Assembly: GCA_036272295.1 (NCBI GenBank)
Contig: DATAYZ010000148.1
Coordinates: forward strand, 2,128-66,127
DNA length: 64,000 nt
Reading direction: 5' to 3'
From: Steroidobacteraceae bacterium
GTDB taxonomy: Bacteria > Pseudomonadota > Gammaproteobacteria > Steroidobacterales > Steroidobacteraceae
The notes beneath the pieces were generated by a model that saw only the letters and a program-made list of their open reading frames with translations, had not been told where the DNA came from and ran no database searches. How positions within the stretch are numbered: position 1 is the first letter of the stretch; each line of letters begins with the position of its first letter. A program made the position numbers and the translations under genes. Below are positions 8,251 to 17,438 of this stretch, one piece after another.

Positions 8251-8900
8251 TGCCAGCTCCCGACCGCATTGCGCGCCGCTTGATTCAGCGGCCGCGCCAC
8301 GAGGCCGGTCTCGGATACCGCGATGGCATACAGCGCTCCGTCAGCCATCGGCAGGTAGGTCGCGCTCCCATAGAGCGCATCCACCCAAGGGATCCAGGCG
8401 TGGTGCTCGTGCACGAGCTCCCAGGGGTCGATCTGCCGCGGCGGATTCAAGTCATACACCGTTCGCGGCTGCGAGGTCTCGTCCTCGACCTTGGAATATC
8501 GCCCGCTGATGCGCTCGAGCCGGTAGGCGGCATCGAACCCGATCAGGTTGGAGAACGCGGTCCATTTCAAAACCCGCGCGTCGACCTGCCACTCGTCGCC
8601 GCGCAGCTCGAACGTGGCGTGATCGCCGTTCGGGTAGGTGAGCACGGCGTTGAACAGCTGGGGCTGCGCGCCGCGCGTGAGCTGAATCTCGCCGGCGGGC
8701 TGCTCGTGGCTCAGACGCTGATACGCCACGAGATTCATGGCCACCAGCACGGTGGCGACGCAAAGCAGCAGGAGCACGAGGCCGAAGGCACCGCTCACCA
8801 TGCCGCCGGCGACACGGCGCTGGGAGAAGCGGCGCCCGGCGGCGGACAGGAACAGGAGGCCGATCAGCGCGACGGCGACGATGCAGAGGGTGAAGGTCAT
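8247..8900 (-). CDS. hypothetical membrane protein, translationally coupled to the MscS-family gene
   Basis: Two N-terminal hydrophobic helices (FTLCIVAVALIGLLFLSAA; AFGLVLLLLCVATVLVAMNLV). Its stop overlaps the downstream MscS start (8247-8250). Confidence 0.6.
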   Translation of the reverse strand: MTFTLCIVAVALIGLLFLSAAGRRFSQRRVAGGMVSGAFGLVLLLLCVATVLVAMNLVAYQRLSHEQPAGEIQLTRGAQPQLFNAVLTYPNGDHATFELRGDEWQVDARVLKWTAFSNLIGFDAAYRLERISGRYSKVEDETSQPRTVYDLNPPRQIDPWELVHEHHAWIPWVDALYGSATYLPMADGALYAIAVSETGLVARPLNQAARNAVGSWH

Positions 8901-9239
8901 ATGAGCTCTGGGGGGCGATCCTTCCTCTTGGCGGGAGAGCTCTGACTAAGAACCGGAACCGAACCTCATGGGACTAACAAAACACGAAAGCCCGGTCCCG
9001 GTGTCTCGTTGCAGACCCGCATAGTTTGCTTTGTTTCCAATGATTTGCAAGTGCCGATGCACGTGTGGATGCGAGGCCCGCGCCCGGGGGCCCGCACTGC
9101 ATTAACGGACTTTAATAAATCGACCACGGGATGTTAACCACCCGGGCTTCAGGGTAGCTGTCCTCATGGCAGGACGTGCACCCCGGGCTTACGAGCGCGG
9201 CGCGTCTCGCTTGCCATAGACCCAGAGGTCTCATCGCTC

Positions 9240-12200
9240 ATGTGGATCGTCGAACTCGCGCTGCGGCGCCCCTACACGTTTCTCGTGATGGCGCTGCTCA
9301 TCCTGCTGGCCACGCCCCTGGTGCTGCTGCGAATGTCGACCGACATCTTCCCGGAGATCAACATCCCGGTGATCAGCATCGTGTGGACCTACTCCGGCCT
9401 GTCGGCGCAGGAGATCGGGCAGCGTATCACCTCCGTGAACGAGCGCAGCCTGACCACGACGGTCAACGACATCGAGCACATCGAGTCCGAGTCGATCACC
9501 GGGTTTGCAATCATCAAGATCTTCTTCCAGCCGAACGCGAACATCCCCACGGCGATCGCGCAGGTGGTGGCGATCGAGCAGGCGCAGCTCCGTCAGCTCC
9601 CGCCGGGCATCCTGCCCCCGCTCGTGATCAAGTACTCGGCCTCGGCGATTCCGGTCATCCAGCTCGGTGTGTCGAGCCCGTCGATGACCGAGCAGGCCGT
9701 GTTCGACACCGCGGTGAACTTCCTGCGTCCGCGCCTCGTCACCATCCCGGGCGTGGCCATTCCGTACCCCTACGGCGGCAAGACCCGGGTGATCTCCGTC
9801 GACCTCGACATCAATGCGTTGCTCGCCAAGGGTCTGACGCCGAGTGACGTGGTCAATGCGATCAGCGCGCAGAACCTGATCCTGCCCTCGGGCACCGCGA
9901 AGATCGGCGCCACCGAGTACGTGCTCGCCACCAATGCCTCGCCCGATACGATCGCGGGCCTGAACCGCATTCCCATCGTCACCCGCAACGGTGCCACCAC
10001 GTACATCTCGGAGGTCGCGCACGTGCGCGACGGCTTCTCTCCGCAGACCAACATCGTGCGTCAGAACGGCGAGCGCGGCGTGCTGGTGTCGATCATCAAA
10101 AACGGCTCCTCGACGCTGGACATCGTCAAGGGCCTCATGAATGCCCTGCCGGTGGTCGAGCAGACGCTGCCCAAGGACGTCAAGATCACGCCGCTGTTCG
10201 ACCAGTCCGGCTTCGTGCGCGCCGCCATCTCCGGGGTGGTGCGCGAGGCGCTGATCGCGGCGTGCCTGACCGCGGCGCTGATCCTCCTGTTCCTCGGCAA
10301 CTGGCGCAGCACGTGCATCATCGCGGTGTCGATCCCGCTGTCGATCCTGACCTCGATCATCGCGCTCTACATAACCGGCGAGACGCTCAACATCATGACG
10401 CTCGGAGGGCTCGCGCTCGCGGTCGGCATCCTGGTCGACGACGCCACGGTGACCATCGAGAACATCGAGCGGCATCTGCACCTGGGGTCCGATCTGCACA
10501 AGGCGATCCTGGAGGGTGCGGGCGAGATCGCGATTCCGGCGCTGGTGTCGACCCTCTGTATCTGCATCGTGTTCGTGCCGATGTTCTTCCTGAGCGGCGT
10601 GGCGCGGTACTTGTTCGCGCCGCTCGCGGAGGCCGTGGTGTATGCCATGCTCGCCTCCTACGTGCTGTCGCGCACCCTCGTGCCGACGCTAGTCATGCTC
10701 TTCATGGGCCACTCGCACATCATGGAGCCGGGCGCCAAGCCGAGCCCCCTGCAGCGCGTGTATCGGGCGTTCGATGCGCGTTTCGAGAGGATTCGCGCAG
10801 GCTATCTCGTCATCCTCGGCACGGTGCTCGAGCGGCGGCGGCTGTTCGCGGGCTACTTTCTCGGCTTCTGCGCGCTGTCCTGCTGCCTCGTCTTCATTCT
10901 CGGCCGCGACTTCTTTCCGAACGTCGATGCCGGTCAGATCCGCCTCCACATGCGCCTGCCGTCGGGTACGCGCGTCGAGCAGACCGCGCGCGTCGCCGAC
11001 GAGGTCGAGGCCGCCATCCGCGGGATCATCCCGCCGCGCGACCTCGGGACCGTGCTCGACAACCTCGGCGTCGCGGTCAGCGGCATCAACAAGACCTACA
11101 GCAACTCCGGCACCTTTGCCTCGCTGGACGGAGAGATCCAGCTCTCGCTCAACGACGGCCACGCTCCGACCGAGCACTACATCGAAGCCATGCGCCGGGA
11201 GCTGCCCCGGCGCTTCCCCGGGGTGGAATTCTTCTTCCAGCCGGCCGACATGGTCACGCAAATCCTCAATTTCGGCGTTCCCGCCGCGCTCGACGTCAAA
11301 GTCACGGGTGCCGGCCTGCGCGCGGACTATGACGTCGCGGCGGAGCTCAAGAAGCGCATCGAGATGATCCCGGGAACGGTCGACACCCACATTCACCAGC
11401 GGCCGGACGTGCCGACCATCATGCTCAGCATGGATCGGACCCAGTTGCAGCAGCTCGGGTTGAGCCCGAGCGACGTGACCAACGACCTGCTCGTCTCCAC
11501 GGCGGGCACGACGCAGACCTCGCCCGCATTCTGGCTCAATCCCTCCAACGGCATCGTCTACAACCTCGCGGTGCAATCGCCGCAGTACACGGTCGACAGC
11601 CTCGATGCCCTGATGCAGACGCCGGTTCGGGCGGCGGGCGCGGCGCCGACGACCCAGCCGCAACTGCTCAGCAATCTGGTCGCCATCCACCCTGCGGCGC
11701 AGATCGCGGTCGACTCGCGCTACAACCTGGCGCCGTCCATCGACGTGTTCTCCGGTGCGCAAGGCCGCGACATGGGCAGCATCTCGGGCGACGTGCGCCG
11801 CGTGGTCGACGACATCCGGCCGCACCTGCCGCGCGGCATGACGGTCACCGTGCTCGGCCAGGTCCAGACCATGAGGTCCTCGTTCGTGCAGCTCGGCGTG
11901 GGCCTCGTGATGGCCGTGGTCATGGTGTACCTCCTGATCGTGGTCAACTTCCAGTCGTGGGTGGACGCGTTCATCATCATCACCGCGCTGCCGGCGGCGC
12001 TCGCGGGCATCTGCTGGATGCTGTTCCTGTCGGCGACCACCTTGAGCGTGCCGGCCATGACCGGGGCCATCATGACCATGGGGGTGGCGACCGCGAACAG
12101 CATCCTGGTGGTGGCGTTCGCGCGTCAGCGCATGGACGAGGGCCTGGACCCGGTCAGGGCCGCTCTCGACGCGGGCGCGACCCGTATCCGCCCGGTGCTG

Positions 12201-12431
12201 ATGACCGCCCTCGCGATGATCATCGGCATGATCCCGATGGCCCTCGGTCTCGGCGAGGGCGCCGAGCAGAACGCGCCGCTCGGACGCGCCGTGATCGGAG
12301 GGCTGATATTCGCGACGGTGTCGACGCTTCTGTTCGTGCCGGTGATCTTCGCCGGCACCCACCGCCGCCTCGAGCTGCGCAAGGCGCGGCATGGCCTGGT
12401 ATCGTCGGCGGCAGCCGAAGGACACAGTTGA
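9240..12431 (+). CDS. efflux RND transporter permease subunit (AcrB/HAE family)
   Basis: 1063 aa. N-terminus MWIVELALRRPYTFLVMALLILL...FPEINIPVISIVWTYSGLSAQEI. 12-TM architecture with two large periplasmic loops; LGGLALAVGILVDDATVTIENIERH. Confidence 0.9.
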   Translation: MWIVELALRRPYTFLVMALLILLATPLVLLRMSTDIFPEINIPVISIVWTYSGLSAQEIGQRITSVNERSLTTTVNDIEHIESESITGFAIIKIFFQPNANIPTAIAQVVAIEQAQLRQLPPGILPPLVIKYSASAIPVIQLGVSSPSMTEQAVFDTAVNFLRPRLVTIPGVAIPYPYGGKTRVISVDLDINALLAKGLTPSDVVNAISAQNLILPSGTAKIGATEYVLATNASPDTIAGLNRIPIVTRNGATTYISEVAHVRDGFSPQTNIVRQNGERGVLVSIIKNGSSTLDIVKGLMNALPVVEQTLPKDVKITPLFDQSGFVRAAISGVVREALIAACLTAALILLFLGNWRSTCIIAVSIPLSILTSIIALYITGETLNIMTLGGLALAVGILVDDATVTIENIERHLHLGSDLHKAILEGAGEIAIPALVSTLCICIVFVPMFFLSGVARYLFAPLAEAVVYAMLASYVLSRTLVPTLVMLFMGHSHIMEPGAKPSPLQRVYRAFDARFERIRAGYLVILGTVLERRRLFAGYFLGFCALSCCLVFILGRDFFPNVDAGQIRLHMRLPSGTRVEQTARVADEVEAAIRGIIPPRDLGTVLDNLGVAVSGINKTYSNSGTFASLDGEIQLSLNDGHAPTEHYIEAMRRELPRRFPGVEFFFQPADMVTQILNFGVPAALDVKVTGAGLRADYDVAAELKKRIEMIPGTVDTHIHQRPDVPTIMLSMDRTQLQQLGLSPSDVTNDLLVSTAGTTQTSPAFWLNPSNGIVYNLAVQSPQYTVDSLDALMQTPVRAAGAAPTTQPQLLSNLVAIHPAAQIAVDSRYNLAPSIDVFSGAQGRDMGSISGDVRRVVDDIRPHLPRGMTVTVLGQVQTMRSSFVQLGVGLVMAVVMVYLLIVVNFQSWVDAFIIITALPAALAGICWMLFLSATTLSVPAMTGAIMTMGVATANSILVVAFARQRMDEGLDPVRAALDAGATRIRPVLMTALAMIIGMIPMALGLGEGAEQNAPLGRAVIGGLIFATVSTLLFVPVIFAGTHRRLELRKARHGLVSSAAAEGHS

Positions 12432-12432
12432 T

Positions 12433-13599
12433 ATGACCGAATCAGATTCGATCGTCTTGCGGCGTGCCAAGATGATGGTGGGCGGCATCGTGACCGTGCT
12501 GCTCATCGGCGGCGCGATCGTGCTCGCGCTGCGCTCGCTGCATGCGAGCGCGCTCGAGCAATCGACCGCGCTGCATGCCAAGCAATACGTCACGACCATC
12601 ACGCCGACCGCGAGCGGCGACGGGCAGCCGCTCACGCTTCCGGGGACCTTGCTGGGGGTCATCGAGTCGACCGTGTACGCCCGCACCAACGGATATGTCC
12701 TGCGCTGGGTCAAGGACATCGGCGCCTCGGTGAAGCGCGGCGATCTGCTCGCGGAGATCTCGGCGCCGGAAGTGGACCAGGAGCTCTCGCAGGCGATCGC
12801 GACCCGGGTCCAGGCGGCGGCGAGCGCCGACCTCGCGAAGAGCACCGCGGAGCGCTGGAAGTCGCTGCGCGCGAAGGACGCGGTCACGCAGCAGGATCTC
12901 GACGAGCGCGTGAGCGCCTATAATCAGGCGCAGGCGACCCTGGCGGCCGCGGAGGCCAACGTCGCGCGGTTGCGCAACCTCGCGGGTTTCAACCAGGTGG
13001 TGGCGCCGTTCGACGGCGTCGTGACCCGGCGCAGCATCGATGTCGGCGACCTGGTCAATGCCGGCAACGGGGGCGCGGGCCAGGCGTTGTTCTCGGTGGC
13101 GCAGGTGGACCCGCTGCGCCTCTACATCTACGTGCCGCAGATCTACGCCAGCCAGGTGAAGGTCGGGGATGCGGTGACCGTGACCTTGGCCGAGCGCGCC
13201 GGCCGGGAGTATCGGGGCAAGGTGGCCCGCACCGCCCGCGCCATCGACACGGCGACGCGCACCATGCAGGTGGAGATTCAGATCCCGAATCCCGACGGCG
13301 AGCTCATCGCGGGCTCGTACGTCCAGGCGACGCTGCCCGTCAAGGCGGACGTGAAGGCGCTGATCGTGCCGACCAATGTCCTGCTGTTCCGCCCGGAGGG
13401 AACGCGGGTCGGAGTGGTCGCGCCGTCGGGCAAGGTGCGGCTGGTCACCGTCAAGTTGGGCACGGATTTCGGCGACCGCGTCGAGATCCTCGGCGGCCTC
13501 GATGCCACCGATCAGGTCATCCTGAATCCGGCCGATTCGCTTGCCGACGGCGACACCGTGACGCCGGTGGATCAAAAAACGGTGGCCCAGGCGCGATGA
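12433..13599 (+). CDS. efflux RND transporter periplasmic adaptor (MFP) subunit
   Basis: ATG at 12433, 1 nt after the RND stop (the track ORF starts at 12391). TM anchor followed by lipoyl/beta-barrel motifs RTNGYVLRWVKDIGASVKRGDLLAEISAPEVDQEL...VVAPFDGVVTRRSIDVGDLV. Confidence 0.85.
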   Translation: MTESDSIVLRRAKMMVGGIVTVLLIGGAIVLALRSLHASALEQSTALHAKQYVTTITPTASGDGQPLTLPGTLLGVIESTVYARTNGYVLRWVKDIGASVKRGDLLAEISAPEVDQELSQAIATRVQAAASADLAKSTAERWKSLRAKDAVTQQDLDERVSAYNQAQATLAAAEANVARLRNLAGFNQVVAPFDGVVTRRSIDVGDLVNAGNGGAGQALFSVAQVDPLRLYIYVPQIYASQVKVGDAVTVTLAERAGREYRGKVARTARAIDTATRTMQVEIQIPNPDGELIAGSYVQATLPVKADVKALIVPTNVLLFRPEGTRVGVVAPSGKVRLVTVKLGTDFGDRVEILGGLDATDQVILNPADSLADGDTVTPVDQKTVAQAR

Positions 13600-15137
13600 G
13601 GCGGACGGTGCTCCAGCAGCGGATGCGCGCGGGGCCGCCCACTGCGGCAGCGCCCACGGCGGCGGCGCTCGCAGCGACGGCGCTCGCGTTCATTCCGGGC
13701 TGTGCCGTCGGCCCCAACTATCACCGGCCGGCGGCCGAGACGCCGCCGGCGTGGCAGCCCGAAGCCCCCTGGCATCAGGCCGAGCCCGGCGATGCCGCCG
13801 TGAAGGGCGATTGGTGGACGCTGTTCGCGGATACGGCGCTGGATGGGCTGGTGGAGCGCGCGCTGGCCGGCAATCAAAACCTGAAGGTGGCGGCGGCGCG
13901 CCTCGATCAGGCGCGCGCGGAAGTCACCATCGCGCGCGCGGATCTGTTTCCGACCATCGAGCTGTCGGCCGGCGCGGCGCGCGGACGCACGTCCGCGAAC
14001 CGTCCGCTGGCCGCCTATGCGGTGCCGAACCAGGCCACCGTGCAAAACGACTTCGTGATCGGCCCGGCCGTGAGCTACGAGGTCGATCTGTTCGGCCGCG
14101 TGCGCCGCGAGGTCGAGGGAGCCAAGGCCACCGAGCAGCAGGCCGAGGCGGACTTCGAGAACACCCGCCTGGTGCTCCTCGCGCAACTCGTCACGGACTA
14201 TTTCGCTCTGCGCGAGAGCGATGCCGAGATCGCCGTGGTCGCGCACAGCCTCGATCTGGAGCGCGACGCGCTGGGATTCATCACCTCGCGCCACGATCTC
14301 GGCTTTGCGACCGGCCTCGACCTTGCGCAGCAGCAAGCGCTCGTCGACGCCGGTGCCACGCAGTTCGAGCTCTTGCAGAATCAGCGCGCCGAGTTCGAGC
14401 ATGCCATCGCGACCCTGGTCGGCGCTCCGGCGCCCGGCTTCGCCGTGCCGGCCGTCCCGGCCGCGGCAACCCTGCCCGCCGTGCCGATCGGCGTGCCCTC
14501 GGACCTTCTGCAGCGCAGGCCCGACGTCGCCTCGGCCGAGCGCTCCATGGCGGCGGCGAACGCGCGCATCGGTGTGGCACGCGCGGCATACTTCCCCACC
14601 ATCGGGCTCGGCGCCGGGTTCTCGCAGCCGAACGCCGGTTGGCAGAGCAACGCGTTGTCCTCGCTGTTCCAGGCGTCGAGCCGGCTCTGGTCGGTCGGTT
14701 TGTCTGCGACGCAGACGGTCTTCGATGCGGGGCGCGTGCGGGGCGAGGTGCGCTTTGCCGATGCCGACTATACGGCCGCGGTCGCGGGCTACCGCCAGAC
14801 CGTGCTGACCGCGATGGAGGAGGTCGAGAACGGCATCACCGGCCTCGCCTCGCTCGGGCGCGCGGTCAAGGAGGCGAATGCGAGCGTGAAGAGCGCGCAG
14901 GATGCCTTTGATATCGCCACGGCCCGCTACAAGGGCGGCGTCGACACCTATCTCGAGATGATCACGGCCCAGCAGGTGCTGCTCGGCAATCAACGCACCG
15001 CCGTCCAGGTGCAGGGTCAGCAGTTCGCGACGTCCGTTTACCTGATCAAGGCGTTGGGGGGCGGCTGGCCAGGGTCTCGATCGGCTCCGGCGGCGACATC
15101 GAGTTCGACTGCACCAGATCGACCCCGAGGGCGGTGA
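13596..15137 (+). CDS. efflux outer-membrane factor lipoprotein (NodT family)
   Basis: ATGA overlap with the MFP stop. Lipobox AFIPGC followed by AVGPNYHRP. Ends with the typical YLIKALGGGW, then a ~25-aa tail before the stop. Confidence 0.85.
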   Translation: MRRTVLQQRMRAGPPTAAAPTAAALAATALAFIPGCAVGPNYHRPAAETPPAWQPEAPWHQAEPGDAAVKGDWWTLFADTALDGLVERALAGNQNLKVAAARLDQARAEVTIARADLFPTIELSAGAARGRTSANRPLAAYAVPNQATVQNDFVIGPAVSYEVDLFGRVRREVEGAKATEQQAEADFENTRLVLLAQLVTDYFALRESDAEIAVVAHSLDLERDALGFITSRHDLGFATGLDLAQQQALVDAGATQFELLQNQRAEFEHAIATLVGAPAPGFAVPAVPAAATLPAVPIGVPSDLLQRRPDVASAERSMAAANARIGVARAAYFPTIGLGAGFSQPNAGWQSNALSSLFQASSRLWSVGLSATQTVFDAGRVRGEVRFADADYTAAVAGYRQTVLTAMEEVENGITGLASLGRAVKEANASVKSAQDAFDIATARYKGGVDTYLEMITAQQVLLGNQRTAVQVQGQQFATSVYLIKALGGGWPGSRSAPAATSSSTAPDRPRGR

Positions 15138-16623
15138 ACCATTCCTGCTCGGACGCGGACTCGGCATGCTTGGCCACCGTGTGCATGCCGAGCACGCGCG
15201 CCATCTGCACCACGGCGGTGATGGCCGCCTGCGCGAGCTTGTCGGTGCGCATCTTCGAGGTGATTTCGGGTGCCAGCTTCACGTAATGCACTCCCGGCAG
15301 CCGCAGGAGCGCCAGGCATTCGGTGCGCAGCGAGAAGTCGTCGAGCACCAACGGGCAGCCGAGACGGTGCAGCGATGCGCCCACCGCTGCCATCTTCCCC
15401 GCGAGCTTGACCGCGGTCGCTGCGTCCACCTCGAAGGCGATCATCGACCTCGGCAAAGCGGATTTCGTCAGGCAGAGGCCGACGAACTTGATGAAGTGCT
15501 CGTCGTGCAGCGCGGTCGCGGTCAGGTTGACCGAGAACTGCACCGGCGTCGCCTTCCAGATGTCCGGGTGCTTCACCAGGTAGCCGATGAGCTCGGTGAT
15601 CACGCGACGGTCGATCATCGAGCCGAGCCCGTGGTCGACCGCCGCCTTGAGCAGATCGAGCGGGGCTGCGTTCGCCGCGGCGTCCGCTTTGGAGCGCATG
15701 AGCACCTCATAGCGCTTGAGATGTGTCCCCTTGGCGAGGGGGACGAGCCGCTGGACGTGCAGCGCAATGGGGCTGCGACGGAGCATCGAATGCAGCCGGT
15801 CGATCTCGGGAGGGACGGCCCGCGGGTGCATGTTCGCGAAGCGCGACGGATTGCCCACCCGGCCGACGACCGCCGCCGCGCCGATCGGTGCCGGCGTCCG
15901 GCCCGTTTCGGCCGCCAGTGTCGGCGTTGATCGGGCCGGCGAGGCCGCTGCGGCAGGCCCAATGGCCGCGGGCGGGGCAGGGGCCGCCGAGGTCAGCGGC
16001 GCCCGCGACACGCGTGAGACGGGCTTCATGGCGCCGCGCGGCGCCGCGGGGGTGGCAAGTGGTATCGCGTCGACCTCGGAGTCGCAGCGCATGTCGGCGA
16101 ACTCCACCAGAGCGCGGTGCAGCTTGGGGGTCATGGTCCGGAGGATTCCGCGCGGGTCCTTGATGACGCGCGCATCCATCACCACCATGATGGCCCCGAC
16201 CATGGTGCGGCGGCGGCTCACGGCTCGCAGCATCAGGGCGCAGCGTGAACCGCCGAGCTCGCCGATGAACAGCGGCGGCGAGCCGGTCTTGGAGAGCGCC
16301 TCGATTCCGGCGCGCACGGCGCCGTGCTCGTCCGGACCCATCGAGCTCTCGGTCAGCCACAGCACTTCGCCGAATTCATCGTGCAGCGATACCGCATGGA
16401 CGCGGGCGGGCTCCGCGGCGGCGCGCACTTTCTGGCAGACGCCGTCGAAGTCGACGAGCGGGCCGTTCGTCGCGCCTGTAGAGATGCCGTCGTCCATAGA
16501 TCCGGGGGGCTGGGAGGCTGTGTGTATATCTACCGTACGGCGGTCACGGTTGGTGTGATCGCCTTCGCCAAAATGCGACAGCTGCGCGCCCCGTGTGACA
16601 TATCGTGGCAAAGCGCCCGGCAA
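15046..16623 (-). CDS. EAL-domain protein with an unrecognised N-terminal domain and atypical EAL motifs
   Basis: C-terminal EAL domain: YEVLMRS, FSVNLTA, IAFEVD, LVLDDFS, YVKLAPE, VAKHAES, LVQSN. Pro/Ala-rich linker mid-protein. The real start is more likely the ATG at 16497 (MDDGISTG) than 16623. Confidence 0.7.
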   Translation of the reverse strand: MPGALPRYVTRGAQLSHFGEGDHTNRDRRTVDIHTASQPPGSMDDGISTGATNGPLVDFDGVCQKVRAAAEPARVHAVSLHDEFGEVLWLTESSMGPDEHGAVRAGIEALSKTGSPPLFIGELGGSRCALMLRAVSRRRTMVGAIMVVMDARVIKDPRGILRTMTPKLHRALVEFADMRCDSEVDAIPLATPAAPRGAMKPVSRVSRAPLTSAAPAPPAAIGPAAAASPARSTPTLAAETGRTPAPIGAAAVVGRVGNPSRFANMHPRAVPPEIDRLHSMLRRSPIALHVQRLVPLAKGTHLKRYEVLMRSKADAAANAAPLDLLKAAVDHGLGSMIDRRVITELIGYLVKHPDIWKATPVQFSVNLTATALHDEHFIKFVGLCLTKSALPRSMIAFEVDAATAVKLAGKMAAVGASLHRLGCPLVLDDFSLRTECLALLRLPGVHYVKLAPEITSKMRTDKLAQAAITAVVQMARVLGMHTVAKHAESASEQEWFTALGVDLVQSNSMSPPEPIETLASRPPTP

Positions 16624-16673
16624 CGACTAAACTGCGCACCAATGACACCGATGGTCGAGAGGGAGAGCCGTGG

Positions 16674-17429
16674 ATGAGTCGTGAAGCGGCCGCCGCGGGC
16701 GATGGCGCAGGCTCGCGTCCCGCGGGGGAGCGGCAACACCGCGAGTTTCGGTATTACGACTTCGTGATGGCCGCGTACGTTTGCGTGCTCCTGTGCTCGA
16801 ACCTGATCGGGCCTGCGAAGGAGACCACCTTCCACGTCCCGCTCATCGGCTCGATCACCTTTCTCGCCGGCGTGCTGTTCTTTCCGATCTCGTACATCTT
16901 CGGCGACATTCTCACGGAGGTGTACGGCTACGCGCGCGACCGCCGGGTGGTGTGGGCGGGCTTTGGGGCGCTGGCGTTCGCCTCGTTCATGGCGTTCGTG
17001 GTGGTGCACCTGCCGCCTTCCGAGCATTCGATCGCGTCGCAGTCCGCGGTCGAGGCGGTATTCGGCAGCACCCCGCGCATCGTCGTCGCCTCGATCCTCG
17101 CGTTCCTGGTGGGGACCTTCGTCAACAGCTACGTGCTCGCGAAGATGAAGATATGGACGCGGGGCCGCTGGCTGTGGACCCGCATCGTGGGGTCGACCTT
17201 GTGCGGCGAGCTGGTGGATTCGGCCATTTTCTACGTGGCCGCGTTCTACGGCCGCATGCCGTTCCCCCATCTGCTGCAGATATTGTTCACCCAGTATCTC
17301 TTGAAGAGCGCCTGGGAGATCGTCGCGACGCCGCTGACCTACCGCGTCGTGGCGTTCCTCAAGCGCGCGGAGAACGAGGATTACTACGACATCGGGACCG
17401 ATTTCACGCCGCTCTCGCTGAAGGTGTAG
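16674..17429 (+). CDS. yhhQ: queuosine precursor transporter (YhhQ/VUT family, DUF165)
   Basis: ATG at 16674, preceded by GGGAGAG. Motifs FRYYDFVMAAYVCVLLCSNLIGPAKE...FFPISYIFGDILTEVYGY...LCGELVDSAIFYVAAF. Confidence 0.8.
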   Translation: MSREAAAAGDGAGSRPAGERQHREFRYYDFVMAAYVCVLLCSNLIGPAKETTFHVPLIGSITFLAGVLFFPISYIFGDILTEVYGYARDRRVVWAGFGALAFASFMAFVVVHLPPSEHSIASQSAVEAVFGSTPRIVVASILAFLVGTFVNSYVLAKMKIWTRGRWLWTRIVGSTLCGELVDSAIFYVAAFYGRMPFPHLLQILFTQYLLKSAWEIVATPLTYRVVAFLKRAENEDYYDIGTDFTPLSLKV

Positions 17430-17438
17430 CCGGCAAAC

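Noticed and set aside
5686-8283. 865-aa plus-strand ORF
   Set aside because: It is antisense to the secreted protein and the MscS-family gene. Its product is dominated by R/G/A/L/D runs with no motifs. This is the usual stop-codon-poor shadow frame of a GC3-rich gene.
9141-9190. Direct repeat CCCGGGCTT (9141-9149 and 9182-9190) with a small GTCCT/AGGAC hairpin between, upstream of the RND gene
   Set aside because: It is short and GC-rich, with no partner regulator. It is likely chance and there is not enough to call a site.
10689-12887. 732-aa minus-strand ORF
   Set aside because: It is antisense to the RND permease and MFP genes. Its composition is His/Arg/Asp/Gly-rich and no domain is recognisable.
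16498-16623. N-terminal 42-aa extension of the EAL ORF (start at 16623)
   Set aside because: The extension (MPGALPRYVTRGAQLSHFGEGDHTNRDRRTV...) looks non-protein-like and would crowd the yhhQ promoter region. The ATG at 16497 is more plausible. This is not proven.
16498-16673. Possible preQ1 riboswitch upstream of yhhQ
   Set aside because: YhhQ genes are often preQ1-riboswitch controlled, so I looked for one. I found only a weak GCGC...GACTAAACT...GCGC arrangement (about 16611-16637). There is no P1 stem plus A-rich ACUA tail resembling the preQ1-I consensus. An Infernal scan with RF00522, RF01054 and RF02680 would settle it.
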